DNA of 64,000 nucleotides, from contig JBJCIZ010000040.1 in NCBI GenBank assembly GCA_051294375.1, positions 100,785 to 164,784 on the forward strand. The letters are read 5' to 3'. The notes below the pieces were generated by a model, which saw only the letters and a list, made by a program, of their open reading frames with translations, made no database searches and was not told where the DNA came from. The stretch is from Paraspadella gotoi (lineage: Eukaryota > Animalia > Chaetognatha). Below are positions 13,520 through 27,882 of this stretch, one piece after another. A program made the position numbers and the translations under genes. Every line of letters starts with the position of its first letter. Within the stretch, counting starts at the first letter, position 1.

Positions 13520-13790
13520 ATGAATGATTCATTGCGTCAATGAATGACTATCATCGCTCAATGAATGACTATCACGTTCAATGAATATTATCTCACACTC
13601 AATGAATGACTATTCATTGCATCAAATCATTTGGCTGTATTATTACATCAATCATTTGGTTATCATCACACACGATCATTTGATTATCATCGCACATCAA
13701 TTTTGCGTAATCATCACATCAATATTTGGTTATCATCGCATTTAAAATATTTGGTTATCATCGCATCAATCCTTGTTATCATCGCATCAA
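13520..13790. repeat. Tandem array of a ~20-23-nt unit (TTATCATCGCATCAATCATTTGG)
   Basis: Units are directly visible. The same array occurs at ~22990-23260 and in reverse at 53640-53780, with decayed units at ~26400-26760. Confidence 0.8.
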
Positions 13791-13800
13791 TGGTTTCATT

Positions 13801-14640
13801 GGGATTCCTCCCACACGGGATTCCTCCCAACAGAATTCTCCCGCGGGATTCCTCCCACACTGGTTTCCTCCAACACGGGATTCCTCCCCAAGGATTCCAC
13901 CCAAAGGAATTCCTCCCACACGGATTCCTCCCACAACGGGGTTCCTCCCACAGATTCCTCCCCATGGAATTCTCCACACAGGATTCCTCCCACTTGAGAT
14001 TCCTCCCACACAGGATTCCTCCCACATGGATTCCTCCTACGTGGGATTCTTCCCACACAGGATTTTCCCACATGGGATCCTCCCACACAGATTCCTCCCA
14101 CATGGGATTTCTCCCATGCGGATTCCTCTCAAACGGGATTCCTCCCACGCAGGATTTTTCCCACTTTGTCCAATAGAAAAAACAAAAATTTTATTTAATG
14201 AATCTAAAGTTGATTTTTTTCCTTGCAACAAGAACATGCAACAAGAAATTAATCATAAATTTAAGGGGAAATCCCGTGTGGGAGGAATCCCGTGTGGGAG
14301 GAATCCCGCCTGGGAGGAATCCCGTTTGGGAGGAATCCCGTGTGGGAGGAATCCCACGTGGAGGAATTCCATGGGAGGATCCGTGCGAGAGGAATTCCAT
14401 GGGGAGGAATCCTGCGTGGGAGGAATCCCGCGTGGAGGAATTCCATAGGGAGAAATCCGTATGGGAGGAATCCATGTGGGAGGAATTCTTTGGGAGGAAT
14501 TCCATGTGGGAGGTATCTCGCGGGAGGAATCCCGTGTGGGAGGAATCTCGAGTGGGAGAAATCCCATGGGAGGAATCCCGCGTAGGAGGAATCCCATGTG
14601 AGAGGAATACAGTTGGAGGAATCCCGTGTGGGAGGAATAC
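13801..14640. mobile_element. Foldback GGATTCCTCCC element, apparently in native context inside the ATCATCGCATCA array
   Basis: Both arms and the spacer are present, with different flanks on each side. An array-like unit (CGCATCAATATTTGCTTATCA) resumes after the right arm. Confidence 0.75.
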
Positions 14641-15502
14641 CACAGCCACCGCATCAATATTTGCTTATCATTGAAGGTAGGCTCGATCCTATTCTTTTAA
14701 GATTTTTTACTTTTAGGAAAAAACAGTTTTAATAGGCAACAACGATTTTATTATTGTAGATCGGACAAGTTTTGACTCTGTCTTAAGAGTCTTCATCAGC
14801 GATTTTAATAATCAACAATTTTCTCTCTCTCAGCAAGCGATGGACGCCCGATGCCTTTCCCGATCCTGCAGCAACTTGATGCAACTCTCCTCGCACCAAG
14901 TGTTGCCCAAAACGACGGCTGAAGGAAGAGGAGAGAGAATCTGTATCCCCTGCATCTAAGCAGGCCAGAACAGATAATCACCCGCCTCATCGTCAGGCAA
15001 GAGGAGCGCCGTCAGCAGGCTTATCAGGCCAGAGGGACATTAGAACAGCCTTGGTACTCATACCCCGCCTACTAGAATACCCTCCCAGTCTATGACAAGC
15101 CTATAACCCGATCACATCGCTCACGTCCCACATTTGCCAGGCCGGGGGGCCAGCTCTTTTTTGAGCTCTTTCCTTATCTTACTTTCACTAACATCTTTAC
15201 TTATCTATCCCTACAACTTATTTTCCCTTTCACATTTCATTCTTAATGATTAACTAATATATTAATTTCTTTGTTATTACTAGTTGAGTATTAAGTTTTT
15301 CCATTTTTCACTCTGTTGTACATTGTTAAATGTAATTATTTCTCTAGCTCTTTTGCTTCTCTCTCTCTCCTCTCTGAATTTTTTCACCTTTCAAGTTTCA
15401 ACCAATCTTATCTTCTTCCATGTCCTTATCTTCACACTGTCCTCACATCTGACCAGTGGTTAGGTTAGTGACCACTGTCTCTTTCTAAATTCTTTGTTGA
15501 AT

Positions 15503-15533
<31 letters not shown>

Positions 15534-18500
15534 ATCTCCAAAACTAATATTAAAAGAGAGAAAATTGTTGATTATTAAAATCGCTGATGAAGACTGAGAC
15601 AGAGTCGAAACTTGTCCGATCTACAATAATAAAATCGTTGTTGCCTATTAAAAACTGTTTTTTCCTAAATCCTAAACAACGAAAAGAAAGAATCATAACA
15701 ATGATTTTTTTTAACAAATTTTAAACCTTTAATTTTAAGTACAATATGGCGGTATCATAAAACCGACTAATTCTTATGGAGGGCATATTTTTTAAAGTGT
15801 TTGACCATCGCATCCACCAAAAGTAAATCGTATCAGAGACTTGGGCAAAATGAAATCGCCGAATCCTGATTGGTCAAGGATGGAACCGGAATCGACCAAT
15901 CAGCTTGCAGGATCAGCGGAACTGTAAATATTACCAATGTCGTCGATCCTCTTTCTTAGCTATAAATAAACCTCACTCTTTTAGTTTCAGTAGAACTGAA
16001 AAAGACTCCTGCGTGTGTCTCATCGTCACCTTTATTCTCAGAATAAAATCTCAACCTGTTTTTTTCTTAAATGTGGTGGCAGCAGTGTGATTCAAACCCA
16101 TGTCTCCTTAAATATTACCATAGGAGGTCTTGGGTTTGGATCCTGCAAACAGCATTAGAGACAGTCATGTAAAAATTAGTTTTAAAATAGCAGCAACTGC
16201 AAGGTAGAGACTTCAGTCTTTTTTCAAAATATTATACATTACTGCGTTACTAGTGAACAAGATTGATTTAAAATGATAAGAATATACTACTAAAATTTAA
16301 AATGAAAATTTTTAAAATTTTAAGACCAGTCTTAATTTGTTGCAAAATGTTGATAAATGACAGCATAATTATTTTTTAAAAAAATACTTTCTTAAAGTTT
16401 AAAGTTTTTTTTCCTCAGTAATATTTTTTTTCAGGTTGAAAGAGCTTCCATATTGGAACAATGGAAAGGGTTGGGGAAAATTCAAGCAAAATCGTATAAG
16501 TTTCCATTGAAATAAAGGAATGTTTTTTGTCTTCTTACCTGATAAAATTCAAAACTGTTTTGATAATCAATTACAAGTGATATTTCTTACTGATTCACGT
16601 ATTATGATTTTCTGATCTGAAGTAAAAAAATAAAATTATAATTTAATTGTTTTTATCCATTTTGTTTTAATTTATATCTATTGATACTGCAGCAAGCTTT
16701 ACTTTAAACTGTACTTTGTAACTAATCTGTCTGCTATGGAGAAACAAGTTAAAAACTAGATGTACTTTTGAAGAAATTAGAAAAATATGGCATCTTAAGG
16801 GTGATTTTCTTTTTGTCACCATAAGAAAATGCACAATTTTGACTAAAATTTCTCCTGTTTTTTTAAATTCTCTGCTAACTTAAGAACTGTCAGGATAGAA
16901 GCTCCCCCTACCGCCAGAGCCCTTTCACTCCCCATCTCAGCGTCTCCTGCTCCCTCGTCATTCCCTCCTCCTCATTCTTGAATCTCGGAGGGTCTTGGAA
17001 ATCGGCATCACAACTTCTCATCTCTCAGTCTCGGGATCCAAAAAACCTTCCTTCTTCCCTTTACTCCCTTTATGTATTCTTTTTGCCTTCTTACATCTAC
17101 TTACCTTTTTACTATTATATTATTTATCCTACTCATCTCTTTTACCTCACGAGAGCAGATATAAAGACTGACCATAAATAGATACATACCTTCAGAGACT
17201 ATATAAGATTTGTAGAGTTGTTACTGAGTGAAGCAGAACAGATTGTACAATGGTAAAATTTTATGACATAGAAACTTAATAAATAATATAGTCCTTAATG
17301 TTGTTAAATAGTGTCAGATCTATATTCATAAGGTAAAGTAAAAATTTTATTCCAAAAATTACTGCAATTGTAAAAAATTATTGCCACTAATCTGCTTCAC
17401 ATTTGCTTTTAAAATCTGGTTCGGCTTAACAATCTTTAGAAATTTTAGGGTAATATTTATTGAATAAACCATCTACTGAAGAATTTCTTTATACTGAATT
17501 GAATCCTTAAGTATTCAAATCAACTGCGCGGAATAAATAAGAATGATGATTAATCAACCATATTTATTTATTTCATTTTTGCACTATCTTCGTAGACAAT
17601 TGGCAACATTTTTTTACTTAGATAGTTTATTGTTAAAAAAATTAGGGACACGAATCCTTAATCTGTTTTATACGCTATATTCCAATAATTTATGCGGATA
17701 CATTATAATTAATCTGACGATGAAAATGAGCGCGCGCTCAGCAGGTTTCTCGTACATACGGAATGATTGATGGAGCGATCGATAAGGCTGATGCCTGAAT
17801 TGATTCATGATTTACGGTTCTGTTGACGGGTATCGGATGTAACAACCTGGTCTTCAGTTTGCTCAAGCGATAACTGATTTACGATTCTTCTATACTTCCG
17901 TTATTCGTTTGGCGTAGTACTTGATCTTATCAGAAGAAAATTTGGCAACAAACGATTTCTCTTCCCATTTCAGTCTCTTTGAGATAACGGTTATAAGGGC
18001 TAGTTTACTAATGTTTGAAAAATAATTAGAGCTGATCAAAGAAGAGTCAAAACTTTAGCTAATTTTCATACTCGCAATAATCATTGTATGATGCACTAGA
18101 TAAGTAAAATCAACTTATATTGCTAGATAGATAAAACCCTACTTTTAAAACTATAATAACTTTAAAACAATGCGTTGCTATCGAAAGTAGAGCTACAGAG
18201 GCTATAGGCAAAATTCCAGTAAGCGTGCTCAATCCGCAAGATTTGACGATCCGTTAGCAATGTGCTCAGAGCGACGTAACAAAGAAAATCTAATTGAGCA
18301 AGATAGTTCTCCATGCTATCAATGAAATCGGTGTAAATGTACTTTTAGAGTTAAATTAAGAATTCGGTACTGGATCTGCAAAGTATAGGATTAAATAACT
18401 GATCTGAAATAGGTCCGTCTGATTCGGCTGAAAGATTACTTGAGTCTTCTCTTAACGATTATCCTGTGTTTTTCGATTTAATCAAATAGAACTTTCGGAA

Positions 18501-20745
18501 CGGGTTGCTGGCCAGACGGAAGGGATTCATGAATATAATTACTTCGACGCCAGAGGTCCTGCAATTCTAGAGGGATCAAATTACTATCCATAGAAAAGAA
18601 GATTTGCATTAACTTGTTAATTCGTGAAACTTTGGCATGTATTCAATCTCTATAGCAATCACTTTCCAACATAATAATAGTTATATTCAGACGTTTGTCA
18701 CTCTTTTGTTTTTTTTTTTATTTTTTTCAGATTTACATGCTATCGCAAACTAACGAGCTCTTTCAACATTCATTCGGAGTTAAATAAGGTTACGACTTAA
18801 GTTTTACAATGTCAATTTTTTTAATAACGAAATGCTTGCTGGAAGTGTAACAGAATTGTATTTTGCTTGGAAATTGAACTGGTGGAAAAACTATATAGCA
18901 TAAAGCGGCATGAGCTGTTGTCATTAATCGATGGAGTCTTAATGGCACATTGAGGGGTTATAAAGTACCATCAGATCGACATCTGAATTTAATTTTCAAT
19001 TATTTCTTGCTATAATAACCAATATTGAAGACATCTCAATAAGCGTTTATAACTCTTCTGACAAAACGTTATTACTTAATTGATTCACGTAATCTAATGG
19101 AAGATCTTGAGTTTTAGAGTGTTAGTCGAACATTATCAATGCAGGCTAACAGCGTGCTGCTTACATCTTCGACAAGAAAATTAAAATCTGCGGTTTAAAA
19201 TGCTTTACCTGTTGATAAATTAAGCTTACGTACAAATAGAAAACCTCTTAGCTAACATAATCAAATTAGAGTTTTTCTGAACGATAAGGGCACCAATACA
19301 CTTTCATTTGACAAATAATAAATGTGTACAAGCTTATCATTTTAAAGGTTAAAATTCAGGACTGTCAGTTAAAACCCTTTTTTTTTGTAATAAGGTATTT
19401 GAGCTCCGAGAGACTATAAAATAAAGTTCCTATTAAAATAGCTAGATAAGACTAAAATAATTCCGGAAATTAAATTATGATTCATATAAAATTGAACGCG
19501 ATTAGTTACAAGCTAAGATATGAATGTAGTAATTATTAGCTATATTTACATATCTCCCTGTTATTTGGGAGTACTAGTAAACGGGTTGACCTCTTCTTCT
19601 GATAGTACTGATTCAGGGCATTCCCTAGTAGAAGTTTCTAGCAGAACAATTGGGGACTCGTTGAAGTGGTAGACCACGAGGAGCCTGGGATTGCTATTAT
19701 CGTCATCAAATTTTGTTGTTTTCCTTTTAAAGGTGGCAGGATTTTTGAAAGGACAATCGGAGACAGTGAGGTCATCGGGGATAGGTGACCTCATAGACGG
19801 ATCGGAGGATTCATCTTGGGAACCACTGTTGGAGACTTGAAGAGAGATAGTTTCTGGATCATCGGGTGAGATTCTGATTCACAAATGCATTTGTAGGCGC
19901 TTGGTTCGCCTCTTGTCTTGTTTCAAACACATCAGGGCTAGGTCAATCCAAGGCTTCCTTCCTTCTTCCGGCAGTAATGGAGTGCTGGGCTTTGGGAGGC
20001 TTTTGCTGTAGTGGCTGTGGCTTTGCCCTTAGATGTGCCCAAAATAATGACACTATCTTTGGATTGGCGGTCGCAGAGGATTTTTCTTCCCATCTCATCA
20101 GATCATCTGGGTTTGAGATGCGCGGAGGTAGAGGGTTGAGGATCAGCTTCTGCTTGATCTTCTCTCTCTCATTGGAGTTGTGACATGGATAGAGCTTGTG
20201 TTTACTGAGGTACCAGATTCGCAGGCTCGTCGCGTGGGGATCAGGAGGACCGAGGGTTCATTAGTATATGTTATGATTGCGAATATTTCTAATTGCCATT
20301 TTGTTTTAGTTTCTCCTTGGTTGTATTGGCTTTCTCATAACTCTTTGTATGTTGCATTAACTTTAAGGTTTGAAGTTTCGCGGCGTTTGCTTCCATCTCT
20401 ACACTCGCACCAATATGTTGTTCCAGAATCTCCTTGGAACTTGGGACGGTTTTGTTATTCTTGAGGAACTGACCATTTGGGTCTAGCTTTTTCTCTAAGG
20501 CCATCTGAGACTCTTTCGTATACCAGATCGCCTTCTTGAAGAGGGGTATGTTGGATTTCCTGTTGTAAGTTTTCTCTCATGTGCTCTTTTCTTCTCTGTG
20601 CGTTATTCTGCTTATCCCATGATCATTTTACTCGTTTTTGCACTTTATCTATATAATCTTGCAAAGTGCGATCTTTATTCTATCAATTCCACTCCGGTGA
20701 AGCTGGGAGAGGAGGCTCGCGGCTAAAGACAGCAGGTTAATGGTA
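14641..20745 (+). repeat. Direct redundant copy of ~4425-11095; accurate to ~17490, heavily deletion-ridden from 17490 to 19370
   Basis: Colinear landmarks throughout, with abrupt changes in error rate. Confidence 0.85.
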
Positions 20746-21119
20746 GGAGTTTACGTCGTTCTTAGAATCGAGGAAGACTTTCAATTGGAGATTTTGTTAA
20801 AATCTTGACTACCAAATAATGTCAACGCCCCAGGGAAAAAATTCAGGTAAAAAAATATGTAAAAATACACTCGATTCCGATCCTGTTGCATCTCAAGGGC
20901 TCGCATTTTTTTTATCTCTTGACAAATAACCATTATTTTTGACATCAAAATATCAGATTCAAATGGGGACTGGTCCAATTCTTTATATATAAAATAAAGG
21001 GATTTCTCAATTCATACAATGTCAACGCATTTAAGGTATGATTGTCATTTTACAATAAACTTCAAATTCAGGAATCCGATAGTCATATGTCTGAAGGGCT
21101 CTCAAATTTTTCTTTATAT

Positions 21120-21840
21120 GTATGAGTGAAAGAGAGAGAGAAAGAGAGAAAGAGAAAGAAAGAAAGAGAGAGAGAAAGAAATAGAATAAATCGATGAAAA
21201 TCTCGGATGTAAATTTGGGATTATGCATTGAGAAAAAGCGTGGAATAAATGGCGATAATAAAAGTTTTTAAAAGGAGAAAAATAATCAAAATTTTTCAAA
21301 AAACTATCACGCAAGAGACCGTACAGAAATAGAGAGAGACAGAGAGAGAGAGAGACAGAGAGAGACAGAAACAAAAAGAGGAAGAGAGAGAAATTTGGAC
21401 AGCCGCTGGAAGGCAGCTGTACAGTCACTGCAGAGCCTGAACTCGTTTTTAAAGGGTTCAGAAAAGGCAGCAACTGACAAAAATAGGAAGAAAAATTTAT
21501 ATATAATTTTAAAGAAATAAAAGAAAGGAAAAAAATATTACAATTGTTTACAATTGGAAATTGTTACAATTTTTTCCAATCATAGGTTGTAAAAGATTTT
21601 ATTTTTATTTGTATTAAAATTAAGATATTGCTTCTCATTAAAAAGGTCTCTTGATTTCACATGTTTTAATTGATTCAAAGATTTTTTTTATGAATTTCAT
21701 CTTCAATATTATTTACTGCAATATGTAAATTAAGCATTTCTATATACTAATTTGGCATTTCTATATACTAATTTGGCTATTATAATAAGTACTATATTTG
21801 TATATTGCAGTAAATCATAATGAAGTGAAAATTCAAAATT
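21120..21840. mobile_element. Copy of the interspersed repeat at 53810-54490 (GA microsatellite plus GGACAGCCGCTGGAAGGCAGCTGTACAGTCACTGCAG core)
   Basis: Colinear with 53810-54490 and differing mostly by substitutions. A noisy inverted copy lies at ~21950-23260. Confidence 0.75.
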
Positions 21841-21942
21841 TTATAAAACATCGTAATTCATAATAATTTTTATTTAAATAAAAACGGTAAGTCCCAGCCA
21901 AAACTATAAAAGCGTAGNNNNNNNNNNNNNNNNNNNNNNNNN

Positions 21943-24900
21943 ATTGTTTCAGGTAAGCTTCTTTTTCACGCGGCGTCCGTGTCGTCGGTCGTGTCAGCCG
22001 ACTTTTTGTATAAAAAACTAACTCTTTTCTATTAGTTTATTTTGGTTGGACTTATGACCTGCTTTAACTTTTTTAAATAAAAAGTATTGATGATTACATT
22101 GAGTTTTATAAAAGTGGTGCAATCATAGTAAGGGTTAAAAATTTAGATGTGGCTTCTCATTGCATAAATAGCTTTTGAAACTTTTATTTACATTGGATTT
22201 CAGTATTTTTTTTTGTTTTGAATTTTTCCACTTCAATATGATTTACTGCAATATGCAGATATGAGATTATAAGTCTTTTTTTTTTTCAATATATATCCAA
22301 ATTATTATATAAGAAATGCTTTAAATCTAATTACATAATATTTGCGGAAGAGTAATTAATATTGAGATGAAAATTCATTAAAACTCTTTGATATCAATAA
22401 AATAAAATGTGTATCAAAATACCTTTTTAATGAGAAAGCTATATCTTAATTTTTTAATTACAAATTAAAAATTAAATCTTTTACAAGCTATGGGATGGGA
22501 AAAAATTTTAACAATTTTCAATTGTAAACAATTGTAATATTTTTCCTTTTTTTTATTCTTTAATATTATATAAATCTTCCTTATTTTTGTTCAGTGCTGC
22601 CTTTTCTGAAACTCTTTTAAAACGATGTTCAGGCTCTTGCAGTGACTGTACATGCTGGCCTTTCCAAGCGGCTGTTCCAAATTTTCTCTCTTTCTCTTTT
22701 TGTTTCTGTCTCTCTCTGTCTCTCTCTCTCTCTGTTCTTCTCTCTATTTCTGTACGTTCTTTGCGTGATTAGCGTTTTTGAAAAATTTGATTATTTTTCT
22801 CCTTTTTAAAAATTTTGATTATCGCCATTTTATTCCACGCCTTTTTCTCAATGCAAAATCCCAAAATTTACATCCGAGTGATTTTCATCGATTTATTCTA
22901 TTTCTTTCTCTCTCTCTTTCTTTCTTTCTCTTTCTCTCTTTCTCTCTCTCTTTCACTCATCACGCTTTTGTTTGTTTTATTTATGATGAATGATTTCATT
23001 GCCGTCAATGAATGACTATCAATCGCATCAATAATGACTATCATCGTTTTCATATGAATGATTATCATCACATCAATGAATGACTATCATTGCATCAATC
23101 ATTTTGGTTTTATTAATATACATCAATCATTTTGGTTATATCACACCGATTCATTTGATTTATTCACGCATCAATATTGGTTTATTTCATCACATCAATA
23201 TTTGGTTATCATCGCATTAAAAATTGGTTATCAATCGCATCCAATCCTTTGGTATCATCGGTCCTCCTACGTGGGATTCTTCCCACACAGGATTTCCCAC
23301 ATGCGGATTCTCCCACACAGGATTTCCTCCCACATAGATTTCTCCCACGTGCGGATTCCTCTCAAACGGGATTCCTCCACGCAGGGATTTCTCCCATTCG
23401 ATTCCAATTAGAAAAAACAAATAATTTTATTTTTAATGAATCTAAGTTTGATTTTTTTCCTTCAACAAGAACATTGCAACAAGAAGTTAATCATATTTAA
23501 GGTGGGAGGAATCCCTGTGTGGGAGGAATCCCGTTGTGGAGGGAATCCCGCCTGGAGGAAATTCCCGTTTTGGAGGAATCCCGTTTGGAGGAATCCCACG
23601 TGGGAGGAATTTCCTATGGGAGAAATCCCGTGCGAGAGGAATTCCATGGGGAGGAATCCTGCGTGGGAAGAATTCCCGCGTTGGGAGAATTCCTATTAGG
23701 GAGAAATCCGTATGGGAGGAATCCCATGTGGGAGGAATTTCTTTTGGGAGGAATTCCCATGTGGGAGGTATTCTCGCGGGAGAATCCCGTGTGCGGAGGA
23801 ATCTCGCAGTGGGAGAAATCCCATGGCGTGAGGAATCCCGCCGTGGGAGGAAATCCCGTGTGAGAGGAATACATGTTTTGGAGGGATATCTCCGTGTGCC
23901 GGAGGTTAATACCACAGCCCACCCGCATCAATATTGCCTTATTCATCAGGTAGGCTTCGATCCTATTCTTTTAAGATTTTTTTACTTTTAGGAAAAAACA
24001 GTTTAATATGGCACAACGATTTTATTATTGTAGATCGGACAAGTTTGACTCTGTCTTAAGAGTCTTCATCAGCGATTTTTAATTTAATCAACAATTTTCT
24101 CTCTCTCAGCAAGCGGATTGCGACGACCCCGATGCCTTTCCCGATCCTTGCAGCAATTATGCAACTCTCCTCGCAACCAAGTGTTGCCCAAAACGACGCT
24201 TGAAGGTAAGAGGGAGGAATCTGTATCCCCTGCATCTAGCAGGCCAGAAACAAGAATTAATCACCCGCCTTCGTTCGTTCAGGCAAGAGGAGCTGTCCGT
24301 AGGCAGCTTATTCAGGCCAGAGTGACATTTAGAATCAGCCCTTGGTACTCATTACCCCAGCCTCTACTACAAATTACCCTCCCAGTCTATGACAAGCCTA
24401 TAACCCATCACATCGCCACGTCCCACATTTATGCCAGCCGGGGGGCCAGCTCTTTTTTTGACTCTTTTCCTTATTCTTACTTTTCACTAACATCTTACTT
24501 ATCTATTCCCTAAAACTTATTTTCCCTTCACATTTCATTCTTTAGATGATTTAACTAATATATTAATTTCTTTTATTACTAGTTGTATGTATTAAGTTTT
24601 TTCATTTTTCACTCTGTTTGTAACCATTGTTATAAATGTTAATTATTTTCTCTCGCTCTTTTGTTCTCTCTCTCTCTCTCTGAATTTTTTCACCTATCAA
24701 GTTTCAACCAATTTTATCTTCTTCCATGTCCTTATCTTTCACCTGTCCTACACATCTGACCAGTTGGTTAGGTTAGTGACCACTGTCCTTTTCTAAATTC
24801 TTTTGTTGAATCTCCCTCCTTTCTCTCTCTCTCTCTCTCTTCTCTCTTCTTCTCTCTATCTCCAAAACTAATTATTATAATTAGAGAAAATTTGTTGATT

Positions 24901-25264
24901 ATAAAATCGCTGTATTGAAGACTCGAGACTAGAGTTCGAAACTTGTCCGATCTACAATAATAAAATCGTTCGTTGCCTATTAAAACTGTTTTTTCCTAAT
25001 CCTAAACACATACGAAAAGATTAAGAATCATAACAATGATTTTTATTAACAAATTTTTTAAAACCTTTATTTTTACAGATACTTTATTTGGCTCCGGTGA
25101 TCATAACGCGCACTAATCTTATGGAGGCATATTTTTTTAAAGTGTTTTGCACCATTCGCATTCCACAAAAGTAAATCGTATCAGAGACTTGGGCCAAAAT
25201 GAATCGGCGATCCTGCATTGGTCAAGCGGATGAACGCGAATTCGACCAATCAGCTTGCAGGATC
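21943..25264. repeat. Noisy redundant read-like segment (HINE-like repeat, tandem array, foldback, hammerhead pair)
   Basis: From ~22950 it matches 13482-15914 with frequent insertions. It starts at a 25-N gap. Confidence 0.8.
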
Positions 25265-25403
25265 ATCTCTCTCTTTTTTATTGAGCCTGAACCGGCTTCG
25301 CCGGTAGGCTCGATAAAAAAAACATTTGAAGAATTTTATAGAATATGAATAATGAACAAAGTCGACAAACAATTGTAAAGACTCTTTTCAGGCGGATCTG
25401 CTT

Positions 25404-26200
25404 ATCAGCAAATCCCGACTCTATAATCCACTTTGTCGGTCCGTTGGTCCGCCCCCTCAATCTTTTCGGTCATTCACTTATGTCAGAACACCCAATTATG
25501 ATAAAATATGCAAAAAAGATGTATGTCCATTTGTCTGTCCATCTGTTTATCCATTCATCCATCCATCCGTTCGTCCGTCCTTCCATCCTCCCTTAAAAAA
25601 ACTACAATTAATCTTTATTGGATTGAATATTTAAATGAAATTTTGTGTGTGTGATTGAGCTGGATACAAAGTTTCGATGAAATCGTGCAAGTGGAAATGA
25701 GTTTAAATGGAAAAAAAGTTGCATTAACTTATATATTTTTACCACTTTTAGCCCATAATTACTCTCCCTCAATCTCTCTCACTCACTCTCTCTCTTTCTC
25801 TCTCTCTCTCTCTCTTTATCTCTCTCTCTCTCTCTCTAACTTAATGTGTAGAGCATTTTTGTTAATGTTTTTCAAAGCTGATGAAGACTCGAACCAGCAG
25901 AGTCGAAACATGTACTATTGATAATAAAAAATCGTTGTATTGGCACTCGATAAACATTTACTAATAAATCATAACTGGATTGATAGATTGAGATGAAAGT
26001 TTGTTTGTGGGTAGGAAAGTGTGATTGAGCAGGATACAAAGTTTTAATGAAATCGTGCGAGTTTAAAAGGAAAAAACTAAAGACAAATTGATTGAATTTT
26101 TTTACTGATGTTTACTCATAAATATTTTAATTATTAAAAATCGGATTTATAAATTTTGGGTAGGAAAGTGTGTGATTAAACTAGATATGAAGTTTCGGTG
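25404..26200 (+). mobile_element. Interspersed repeat with GACTCTATAATCCACTTTGTCGGTCC head and (TCCA/GTCC)n tract; related copies at 29236-29625 and (inverted) ~28870-29060
   Basis: Shared head and shared GTGATTGAGC...AAAGTTTCGATGAAATCGTGCAAG subrepeats. The layout resembles Helentron-associated (HINE/DINE-like) elements. Confidence 0.55.
25875..25917 (+). ncRNA. Minimal hammerhead ribozyme, distinct variant
   Basis: AG-CTGATGA-A-GACTC-gaaccagca-GAGTC-GAAA-CAT-GTA-CT, with a palindromic ACATGT stem III region. It is followed by the AATAAAAAATCGTTG tail shared with the other copies. Confidence 0.7.
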
Positions 26201-27882
26201 GAATTGTGAGGGGAAAAATATAAAAAAGAAAAGTCATATTAGCCTAAAGTAGTTTTAAGTTTTCTCTCTCTCTCTCTTGCCAATCATTGGATCATCATGA
26301 TCACCATTTTTATTATGTTATGATCTGTTATGATCAGTTATGTTTGCCTCTATCTCTCTCTCATATCATTGGATCATTACTGATCGACTATGATTGATTG
26401 ATTGATTGATTTCCATGGCATCGACTATCAATAAATCGCTTTGACTGCATTGAAAAATCCTTAACATCGCATCCATAAATTCTTATCTCAACGATAAACC
26501 ATTATCATTGCAATAATGAATGATTATATGACTATCATCGTATTTCTGAATGACTAATGACTCATCACTTTCATAAATTTTTATAATCAGATCAATGAAG
26601 CACTATCATGACTTTTATTGCATCCTTAATTTGTTATAATTAAAGAACAATTTCATCATATTTCAACTGTCAATAACACATGTATTGATTTATTATTATC
26701 GCGTCCACAATTAATAAGTCTAATATTGTATTTATGATTGACTTTGATTGCATCAGTAAATAACTGTCATTACATTTAACATTACATTGTGGACGCAACA
26801 AGTTTATTCTTCAACAACGTTATAAACAATAACAGTCAAAATTGCTCAGATGCTAATCTATTACAAGGTATTTACAAAGGTCAACGTTTGACCATAAAGG
26901 TCAACGTTTTGACCATAAATAGGTTGGGGGAATTGAGCGAGGTAAGTTTGGTAAGGTCAAGTGGTTTGACCGAGGTTGCGTGTTCTTAGAATGTTCGTCC
27001 ACAACATCTTATTAGGGGTAGCCCAACTCAATGGGGTGAGTCAAAAATTTAGAGTGAGTACATGCCTCAAACGAATATTTAGACATTTTTAAGAATACTT
27101 TCAATGGACAAAATATTTTTAATATGGCTCTATCCCTAGTAATTAATTTTTTAATATTTTATTATAGATTAGAAAGACAAAATTTTTTTTAAATTTTTAA
27201 ATTCTAAGACCAGATTCAGGATAGCTCATAAAAAGTTGTCTCACCCAAAGTCATAATTTTTTTTTAAATATTTTTATAATAGGTGTGTCCAAAATAAGAA
27301 ACACTATAAAAAATTGTTATCGTCATCATCTTTCAAATATTTTTTCAGTTTTTGTTATTTTCACTTAGAAAACGTAAGAATTTTTAAAAGCTGTAATTAT
27401 ATTTCTTGTTTCACTTTTTATGCTCGATTTTTTAAAAATAATTTTTGCTCTATATAGTATTATAATATTTTTATTTAGGCTAGTACCCTCAGAAAAAAGC
27501 ATTTTTGACAAAAAATATTTGAATACCCTAATCTATGGTCATAATAGATTATTTTAACGCTGTATACATTAGCATTTAAATTTCATCGGCTATGGCTAAT
27601 TTTATGAATTGAAAATAATCCCTTATTTTTTATTTAAAGAAAGAAAGACACATCTAATTAGCTGCTTACCGCTAAATTATTGTGGGCAGATCCGACATTG
27701 TTAGCTTAAACTTGTTTATATATTCGCAGATTTTTATTGGTGTTATTTATTTGATCGGAACCAGGATTACAAATAATATATTGTATTGGTTGTACCAATT
27801 TCATATTTATTATTGTTACAAAAACTTTAAATTATAAAATTAGCTTAGCTACTAGAATGTATTTTAATTTGTTTTATCTTAC

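Noticed and set aside
17490-19370. Apparently ancient diverged duplicate of 7240-9730
   Set aside because: It is flanked by near-identical sequence from the same copy, and the differences are mostly deletions, which points to a low-quality read segment.
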